Assembly: GCF_964355755.1 (NCBI RefSeq)
Contig: NC_092680.1
Coordinates: 11,036,001-11,100,000 of the forward strand
Source: Antedon mediterranea
Lineage: Eukaryota > Animalia > Echinodermata
Direction of reading: 5' to 3'
DNA: 64,000 bases
Below are positions 42,263-51,400 of the stretch, in pieces; position 1 is the stretch's first letter, and every line of letters begins with the position of its first letter. The notes under the pieces were generated by a model. That model was not told the DNA's origin. It saw only the letters and a list, made by a program, of their open reading frames with translations, and made no database searches. The position numbers were made by a program, and so were the translations under genes.

Positions 42263-43582
42263 TTGAGGGAGAAATCCGTTGCAGGAAAATACAGATTAAT
42301 TCATAACTTATCATATCCGCACGACGAAAGATCAGTGAATCATAATATTCCTCAACACTACAAAACAGTCCACTACGAAAATATATCCACAGCCGTAAAT
42401 ATCATTCAAAAATCCACCTACCCAGCCTACCTATCCAAAAGCGATATTCAAGATGCTTTCCGGCTCATTCCCCTGCACAAAACACAGTATCACCTTACCG
42501 GGTTTTCTTGGAGAAACAAACTGTACTACGATAAGGTCCTCCCACAAGGGTGTGGATCCTCTTGTAGAATTTTTGAATCGTTTTCAGACGGAATAAAATG
42601 GATACTGACAAATAAACTAGCATGTAAAAACGTAGTCAAGGTATTAGACGATTTCCTGCTTATAGGCGATACAAAACATGAGTGCCAAAGGTACCTTAAC
42701 AATCTCATTGCCTTATCAGATGCCATTGGCCTTCCTCTCTCTCCTCACAAAACAGTGGAGCCAACTACAAAATTAACCTTTTTAGGAATCGAACTGGATA
42801 CGCGAGCTATGGTAGCCAGATTACCCAAGGACAAACTAGAAAAGTATAGGTCCGAAGTAAAAAAATGGTCGAGTTCACATTACATAACACTCCGAGAACT
42901 TCAATCTCTTACCGGAAAACTTCAGTTCGCCACGTGCGTTATTAAGACCGGCAGGGCTTTCCTTACAAGACTATATACACTCACAAAAGGTCAGACAAAT
43001 CCCGACTCAAAAATACGTATTACCCAAGGAGTACGTGAAGACTTGAAAATTTGGATACAATTTCTTGACCAATACAATGGAACCACTATCATCAACGTAC
43101 TACCAAAAAAGGACTCTGAATGCCTTCACTTCTTTTCAGATGCTTCCAAAAGGGAATTTGGTGCTACATTTGGGGCTACGTGGGTACACGGTATATGGCC
43201 AGAACGTTGGAAGAAGTTAGATATAATGGTCTTAGAAATGTACCCTATTTATCTCATGATATCACTGTACTCAAGCCAACTGGCCAACACTCATGTAGTA
43301 TTTCACACCGATAACCTACCCAATGTCTATCATGTTAACAACAAAACTAGTTCTAATTCTGATGTAATGCGCATAATCAGGCCGTTAGTATTAGTACTAC
43401 TTACACATAATATACATCTAACCGCCAGGCATATACCAGGTATTAAAAATGTACTAAGTGATGCAATTTCCCGTTCACAGGTAACAAAAAAACTTCTCAA
43501 ACAATTCGGAATGCATCAAAACCCATTAACAATACCACCACATCTGCTACCAGAGAACTTCGCTGCATTCAAGAAAACCTGA
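42263..43582 (+). pseudogene. Ngaro pol 3' part: reverse transcriptase core and RNase H
   Basis: GKYRLIHNLS, KSDIQDAFRLIP, LPQGCGSS, VLDDFLL, FLGIELD; RNase H FSDAS, LEMYPI, HTDN, HIPGIKNVLSDAISR. No internal stops, but separated from its N-terminus by the LINE. Confidence 0.92.
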
Positions 43583-43644
43583 TACGAGCTTCCGTCACGA
43601 CTGGAACCAGAAAATCATACAACAGGGCGTGGTCAATCTTACTT

Positions 43645-44472
43645 ATGTTCCTACAAAGCCACCACCTACCACATCAAATGCCTATCTCACCACCCCACAT
43701 CTCACTATTCGTCTGCCACCTCTTTCGGACAGGTCTCAACCAAAATACCATAAGAACGTATCTAAGTGCCATTGCATTCATGCACAAAATTACCAACAAT
43801 CCAGACCCTACTAACATACCATTGTTAACTATTGTCACAAGAGGTGCTGGGAAGCTATACAACGTTGCCAGCCGCCGCCGACGCCTTTACCCGGTTACCA
43901 CTACCATAATGGAGAAGCTTCTCTCTCAACTCAATTTTATTAAGAGCAACGAATACGAAAGGAAACTTTATAAAGCTTTGTTCCTCACCTGTTACTACGC
44001 TTGTGCGAGGGCAAGTGAAATGGTACGGACCAATAATCCGGAACACGTCCTAAAACTTCGCGACATTACCATCTCACACACCAAGGTCACCTTCCAATTT
44101 AACTCCTTCAAACACCACAAGGGCGATTCCCAACATTTCAGCATTAACAAAAAAGGAAACAGCATATTATGCCCGGTAAAAGCGTTACAGGATTACAATT
44201 CTATCAGGCCTACGACTCGGGGGCAATTTTTCATATTTCAAACTAGAGCTCCACTACTTAGGAAACATTTAAGTCATACGTTAAAAGAAGCCGCGTTACA
44301 CGCCAACTTAGACCACACCCGGTACAACACACACTCGTTCAGAATCGGAAGGGCCACGCAACTTAGGGACCTGGGCGCAGATGAACAAGAAATTAAAGCT
44401 ACCGGAAGATGGAAAAGCGACGCATATAAACGGTATATCCGACCCCACTGCATAACCCTTAGTAATGACTAA
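43645..44472 (+). CDS. Tyrosine recombinase (phage-integrase family) of Ngaro element; frame open from 43462
   Basis: Catalytic set present: CARASE (R), THSFRIG (HxxR), GRWKS (W), AYKRYIR (Y). Upstream in-frame LIRASVTTGTRKSYNRAW resembles the conserved N-terminal helix, so the true start is probably 5' of this ATG. Confidence 0.93.
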   Translation: MFLQSHHLPHQMPISPPHISLFVCHLFRTGLNQNTIRTYLSAIAFMHKITNNPDPTNIPLLTIVTRGAGKLYNVASRRRRLYPVTTTIMEKLLSQLNFIKSNEYERKLYKALFLTCYYACARASEMVRTNNPEHVLKLRDITISHTKVTFQFNSFKHHKGDSQHFSINKKGNSILCPVKALQDYNSIRPTTRGQFFIFQTRAPLLRKHLSHTLKEAALHANLDHTRYNTHSFRIGRATQLRDLGADEQEIKATGRWKSDAYKRYIRPHCITLSND

Positions 44473-44863
44473 TACAAATGTAAATTTACATTATAACTCA
44501 CTTACATCCACGCGACTATTTACGTTTTTTTTTTGTTTCTCTCTTTCAGTATTGTTTATTGGCGATATGTTAGTACAACTTTGCTCCCATTGCAGTGCAC
44601 GGTAGTGGAGCCCTCGGATTAGCCTTGGGTGGAAGGTGCTGATGCTCAACATACTGCCATGAAGTATCTGCGTATACTTTCATGGGGAGCATCGTTGTAT
44701 TAATGGTGATTTCTTTTTTTTTTTTCTTTGGAGACTTTCCCAGGGAGTCCTGGTTGAACCATTTTTTTTTTTTAAATCTCAGTTTCAAGTGGGTAAATGA
44801 ACATTCTTCCTTGTTTCCTGCACTTTGGTGGGCTGCTCTTGGCGGTGCCTTGGCACCTGCCGC

Positions 44864-45078
44864 GGGCTATTTTTTCTCTGAGCATCCCTGTTGTGCTTAC
44901 TTAGAATTGAAGAATTATTGCTATATATAACTTATATTTGCTTATGACTTTTATGTGCAGTTTTACATGGGCGAATGTTCATTTACTAATAAACTATTTA
45001 AGCCAGAACTTATGTTGTATGCATCTTTATTTAGTATTCTATGAGTTTGTTAATCGTCGCTGTCTCCGAGTAGCAAAA
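44864..45078 (+). repeat. Split direct repeat B1 (215 bp)
   Basis: GGGCTATTTTTTCTCTGAG…GAGTAGCAAAA appears identical to 45232-45446; contains AATAAA at 44988. Confidence 0.95.
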
Positions 45079-45195
45079 ATCAAGAATTGGGTTGTGAACA
45101 CAATTCTATTTTGAGAACGGAGAGGGCGGGTTTTCGACCTCTTTGATCAAGCAAGCTCTCTGTTAACACGATCACTTTAAGTTGAAGACAAATTT
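45079..45195 (+). repeat. Split direct repeat A2 (117 bp)
   Basis: Directly abuts B1; copy of 37366-37482. Confidence 0.95.
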
Positions 45196-45231
45196 CCCTC
45201 CCTCCCGCCCAATATTTAGACACTTAAATAA

Positions 45232-45446
45232 GGGCTATTTTTTCTCTGAGCATCCCTGTTGTGCTTACTTAGAATTGAAGAATTATTGCTATATATAACT
45301 TATATTTGCTTATGACTTTTATGTGCAGTTTTACATGGGCGAATGTTCATTTACTAATAAACTATTTAAGCCAGAACTTATGTTGTATGCATCTTTATTT
45401 AGTATTCTATGAGTTTGTTAATCGTCGCTGTCTCCGAGTAGCAAAA
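45232..45446 (+). repeat. Split direct repeat B2 (215 bp), 3' terminus of element
   Basis: Copy of B1, separated from A2 by a 36-bp unique spacer (CCCTCCCTCCCGCCC…). Confidence 0.95.
45356..45361 (+). terminator. Putative polyadenylation signal in B2 (twin in B1 at 44988-44993)
   Basis: AATAAA followed about 20 nt later by GT/T-rich TATGTTGTATG. Confidence 0.5.
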
Positions 45447-48400
45447 TTAAGCTATTTTGTGATCTTTGATGTTTTTGTGTGAAAAGTTTTATCGAAATGC
45501 TCAAAATGGTCTAAAACGGTTTCTATTGTGATTTTAAGCACTTTGATGATTTTGTGTAACCAAGTTTCATCGAAATGTACAAAATGGTCTAAAACGTCTC
45601 CAAATGCGATTTGAAGCTATTCTGTACACTTTGATGTTTTGTGTGAAAAAGTTTTGTCAAAATGCTCAAAATGGTCTAAAACGGTTTTAAAACGATATTA
45701 AGCTATTTTGTGCTCTTTGATGTTTTTGTGTAACCAAGTTTCATCGAAAATCACAAAATGGTCTAAAACGTCTTCAAATGCGATTTGAAGCTATTCTGTA
45801 CACTTTGATGTTTTGTGTGAAAAAGTTTTGTCAAAATGCTCAAAATGGTCTAAAACGGTTTTAAAACGATATTAAGCTATTTTGTGCTCTTTGATGTTTT
45901 TGTGTAACCAAGTTTCATCGAAAATCACAAAATGGTCTAAAACGTCTCCAAATGCGATTTGAAGCTTTTCTAAGCACTTTGGTGTTTTTATGTTAACAAG
46001 TTTTTTCGAAAATCACAAAATGGTCTAAAACGTCTCCAAATGCGATTTGAAGCTCTTCTGTACACTTTGATGTTTTGTGTGAAAAAGTTTTGTCGAAATT
46101 CTCAAAATGGTCTAAAACGTTTTTAAATACGATATTAAGCTGTTTTGTGCACATTGATGATTTGTGTGAAAAGTTTTAACGAAATGCTCAAAATGGTCAA
46201 AAACGGTTTCTAATGTGATTTTAAGCACTTTGATGTTTTTGTGTAACCAAGTTTTTTCAAAAATTTCAAAATGGTCTAAAACGTCTCCAAATGCGATTTG
46301 AAGCTTTTCTAAGCACTTTGGTGTTTTTATGTTAACAAGTTTTTTCGAAAATCACAAAATGGTCTAAAACGTCTCCAAATGCGATTTGAAGATATTCTGA
46401 GCACTTTGGTGTTTTTATGTTAAAAAGTTTTTTCGAAAATCACAAAATGGTCTAAAACGTCTTCAAATGCGATTTGAAGCTATTCTGTACACTTTGATGT
46501 TTTGTGTGAAAAAGTTTTGTCGAAATGCTCAAAATGGTCTAAACCGTTTTTAAATACGATATTAAGCTATTTTGTGATCTTTGATGTTTTTGTGTGAAAA
46601 GTTTTATCGAAATCCTCAAAATGGTCTAAAACGGTTTCTAATGCGATTTGAAGCTATTCTGTACACTTTGAAGTTTTGTGTGAAAAAGTTTTCTCGAAAT
46701 GCTCAAAATGGTCTAAAACGTTTTTATATACCATATTAAGCTATTTTGTGCACTTTGATGTTTTTTGTGAAAAGTTTTATCGAAATGCTCAAAATGGTCT
46801 AAAACGGTTTCTATTGTGATTTTAAGCACTTTGATGATTTTGTGTAACCAAGTTTCATCGAAATGTACAAAATGGTCTAAAACGTCTCCAAATGCGATTT
46901 GAAGCTATTCTAAGTACTTTTGTGTTTTTATGTTAACAAGTTTTTTCGAAAATCACAAAATGGTCTAAAACGTCTTCAAATGCGATTTGAAGCTATTCTG
47001 TACACTTTGATGTTTTGTGTGAAAAAGTTTTGTCGAAATGCTCAAAATGGTCTAAAACGTTTTTAAATACGATATTAAGCTATTTTGTGATCTTTGATGT
47101 TTTTGTGTGAAAAGTTTTATCAAAATGCTCAAAATGGTCTGAAACGGTTTCTAATGCGATTTGAAGCTATTCTGTACACTTTGAAGTTTTGTGTGAAAAA
47201 GTTTTCTCGAAATGCTCAAAATGGTCTAAATCGTTTTTATATACCATATTAAGCTATTCTGTACACTTTGATGTTTTGTGTGAAAAAGTTTTGTCAAAAT
47301 GCTCAAAATGGTCTAAAACGTTTTTAAAACGATATTAAGCTATTTTGTGCTCTTTGATGATTTTGTGTAACCAAGTTTCATCGAAATGTACAAAATGGTC
47401 TAAAACGTCTCCAAATGCGATTTGAAGCTATTCTAAGTACTTTGGTGTTTTTATGTTAACAAGTTTTTTCGAAAATCACAAAATGGTCTAAAACGTCTTC
47501 AAATGCGATTTGAAGCTATTCTGTACACTTTTATGTTTTGTGTGAAAAAGTTTTGTCGAAATGCTCAAAATGGTCTAAAACGTTTTAAAATACCATATTA
47601 AGCTATTTTGTGCACTTTGATGTTTTTTGTGAAAAGTTTTATCGAAATGCTCAAAATGGTCTAAAACGGTTTCTATTGTGATTTTAAGCACTTTGATGAT
47701 TTTGTGTAACCAAGTTTCATCGAAATGTACAAAATGGTCTAAAACGTCTCCAAATGCGATTTGAAGCTATTCTAAGTACTTTTTTGTTTTTATGTTAACA
47801 AGTTTTTTTTTAAATCACAAAATGGTCTAAAACGTCTTCAAATGCGATTTGAAGCTATTCTGTACACTTTGATGTTTTGTGTGAAAAAGTTTTGTCGAAA
47901 TGCTCAAAATGGTCTAAAACGTTTTTAAATACGATATTAAGCTATTTTGTGATCTTTGATGTTTTTGTGTGAAAAGTTTTATCGAAATGCTCAAAATGGT
48001 CTAAAACGGTTTCTATTGTGATTTTAAGCACTTTGATGATTTTGTGTAACCAAGTTTCATCGAAATGTACAAAATGGTCTAAAACGTCTCCAAATGCGAT
48101 TTGAAGCTATTCTAAGTACTTTTGTGTTTTTATGTTAACAAGTTTTTTCGAAAATCACAAAATGGTCTAAAACGTCTTCAAATGCGATTTGAAGCTATTC
48201 TGTACACTTTGATGTTTTGTGTGAAAAAGTTTTGTCGAAATGCTCAAAATGGTCTAAAACGTTTTTAAATACGATATTAAGCTATTTTGTGCTCTTTGAT
48301 GTTTTTGTGTAACCAAGTTTCATCGAAAATCACAAAATGGTCTAAAACGTTTTTAAATACGATATTAAGCTGTTTTGTGCACTTTGATGATTTGTGTGAA

Positions 48401-51400
48401 AAGTTTTAACGAAATGCTCAAAATGGTCAAAAACGGTTTCTAATGTGATTTTAAGCACTTTGATGTTTTTGTGTAACCAAGTTTTTTCAAAAATCACAAA
48501 ATGGTCTAAAACGTCTCCAAATGCGATTTGAAGCTTTTCTAAGCACTTTTGTGTTTTTATGTTAACAAGTTTTTTCGAAAATCACAAAATGGTCTAAAAC
48601 GTCTTCAAATGCGATTTGAAGATATTCTGAGCACTTTGGTGTTTTTATGTTAAAAAGTTTTTTCGAAAATCACAAAATAGTCTAAAACGTCTCCAAATGC
48701 GATTTGAAGCTATTCTGTACACTTTGATGTTTTGTGTGAAAAAGTTTTGTCGAAATGCTCAAAATGGTCTAAAACGTTTTTAAAACGATATTAAGCTATT
48801 TTGTGCTCTTTGATGTTTTTGTGTAACCAAGTTTCATCGAAAATCACAAAATGGTCTAAAACGTCTCCAAATGCGATTTGAAGCTTTTCTAAGCACTTTG
48901 GTGTTTTTATGTTAACAAGTTTTTTCGAAAATCTTGAAATGGTCTAAAATGTCTCCAAATGCGATTTGAAGATATTCTGAGCACTTTGGTGTTTTTATGT
49001 TAAAAAGTTTTTTCGAAAATCACAAAATGGTCTAAAACGTCTCCAAATGCGATTTGAAGCTCTTCTGTACACTTTGATGTTTTGTGTGAAAAAGATTTGT
49101 CGATATGCTCAAAATGGTCTAAAACGTTTTTAAATACGATATTAAGCTGTTTTGTGCACTTTAATGATTTGTGTGAAAAGTTTTACGAAATGCTCAAAAT
49201 GGTCTAAAACGGTTTCTAATGTGATTTTAAGCACTTTGATGTTTTTGTGTAACCAAGTTTTTTCGAAAATCACAAAATGGTCTAAAACGTCTCCAAATGC
49301 GATTTGAAGCTTTTCTAAGCACTTTGGTGTTTTTATGTTAACAAGTTTTTTCGAAAATCACAAAATGGTCTAAAACGTCTCCAAATGCGATTTGAGGATA
49401 TTCTGAGCACTTTGGTGTTTTTATGTTAAAAAGTTTTTTCGAAAATCACAAAATGGTCTAAAACGTCTCCAAATGCGATTTGAAGCTATTCTGTACACTT
49501 TGATGTTTTGTGTGAAAAAGTTTTGTCGAAATGCTCAAAATGGTCTAAAACGTTTTTAAAACGATATTAAGCTATTTTGTGCTCTTTGATGTTTTTGTGT
49601 AACCAAGTTTCATCGAAATCAACAAAATGGTCTAATACGTCTCCAAATGCGATTTGAAGTTTTTCCAAGCACTTTGCTGTTTTTATGTTAACAAGTTTTT
49701 TCGAAAATCACAAAATGGTCTAAAACGTCTTCAAATGCGATTTGAAGCTATTCTGTACACTTTGATGTTTTGTGTGAAAAAGTTTTGTCGAAATTCTCAA
49801 AATGGTCTAAAACGTTTTTAAATACGATATAAAGCTATTTTGTGATCTTTGATGTTTTTGTGTGAAAAGTTTTATCGAAATGCTCAAAATGGTCTAAAAC
49901 GGTTTCTAATGCGATTTGAAGCTATTCTGTACCCTTTGAAGTTTTTTGTGAAAAAGTTTTCTCGAAATGCTCAAAATGGTCTAAAAAGTTTTTATATACC
50001 ATATTAAGCTATTTTGTGCACTTTGATGTTTTTTGTGAAAAGTTTTATCGAAATGCTCAAAATGGTCTAAAACGGTTTCTATTGGGATTTTAAGCACTTT
50101 GATGATTTTGTGTAACCAAGTTTCATCGAAATGTACAAAATGGTCTAAAACGTCTCCAAATGCGATTTGAAGCTATTCTAAGTACTTTTGTGTTTTTATG
50201 TTAACAAGTTTTTTCGAAAATCACAAAATGGTCTAAAACGTCTTCAAATGCGATTTGAAGCTATTCTGTACACTTTTATGTTTTGTGTGAAAAAGTTTTG
50301 TCGAAATTCTCAAAATGGTCTAAAACGTTTTTAAATACGATATTAAGCTGTTTTGTGCACTTTGATGATTTGTGTGAAAAGTTTTAACGAAATGCTCAAA
50401 ATGGTCAAAAACGGTTTCTATTGTGATTTTAAGCACTTTGATGATTTTGTGTAACCAAGTTTCATCGAAATGTACAAAATGGTCTAAAACGTCTCCAAAT
50501 GCGATTTGAAGCTATTCTAAGTACTTTTGTGTTTTTATGTTAACAAGTTTTTTCGAAAATCACAAAATGGTCTAAAACGTCTTCAAATGCGATTTGAAGC
50601 TATTCTGTACACTTTGATGTTTTGTGTGAAAAAGTTTTGTCGAAATGCTCAAAATGGTCTAAAACGTTTTTAAATACGATATTAAGCTATTTTGTGATCT
50701 TTGATGTTTTTGTGTGAAAAGTTTTATCGAAATCCTCAAAATGGTCTGAAACGGTTTCTAATGCGATTTGAAGCTATTCTGTACACTTTGAAGTTTTTTG
50801 TGAAAAAGTTTTCTCGAAATGCTCAAAATGGTCTAAAACGTTTTTATATACCATATTAAGCTATTTTGTGCACTTTGATGTTTTTTGTGAAAAGTTTTAT
50901 CGAAATGCTCAAAATGGTCTAAAACGGTTTCTATTGGGATTTAAGCACTTTGATGATTTTGTGTAACCAAGTTTCATCGAAATGTACAAAATGGTCTAAA
51001 ACGTCTCCAAATGCGATTTGAAGCTATTCTAAGTACTTTTGTGTTTTTATGTTAACAAGTTTTTTCGAAAATCACAAAATGGTCTAAAACGTCTCCAAAT
51101 GCGATTTGAAGCTATTCTGTACACTTTTATGTTTTGTGTGAAAAAGTTTTGTCGAAATGCTCAAAATGGTCTAAAACGTTTTTAAATACGATATTAAGCT
51201 ATTTTGTGATCTTTGATGTTTTTGTGTGAAAAGTTTTATCGAAATGCTCAAAATGGTCTAAAACGGTTTCTATTGTGATTTTAAGCACTTTGATGATTTT
51301 GTGTAACCAAGTTTCATCGAAATGTACAAAATGGTCTAAAACTTCTCCAAATGCGATTTGAAGCTATTCTAAGTACTTTTGTGTTTTTATGTTAACAAGT

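Larger units (their letters stand above)
37366..45446 (+). mobile_element. Ngaro-like tyrosine-recombinase (DIRS order) retrotransposon, full length, with nested LINE
   Basis: Split direct repeats A1 ... B1-A2-spacer-B2; gag, RT/RNase H and YR ORFs in that order and overlapping; no TSD; no methyltransferase recognised after RNase H (favours Ngaro over PAT/DIRS1). Boundaries ambiguous by 1 bp (shared A). Confidence 0.93.

Noticed and set aside
43645-44472. Prophage or bacterial integrase contamination
   Set aside because: Linked to gag, RT/RNase H and split direct repeats, and joined precisely to host satellite.
39223-44930. Short antisense or overlapping ORFs (39223, 39303, 39807, 40882, 42124, 42526, 43120, 43629, 43674, 43855, 44570, 44682)
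   Set aside because: Shadows of real ORFs or low-complexity UTR sequence, with no recognisable motifs.
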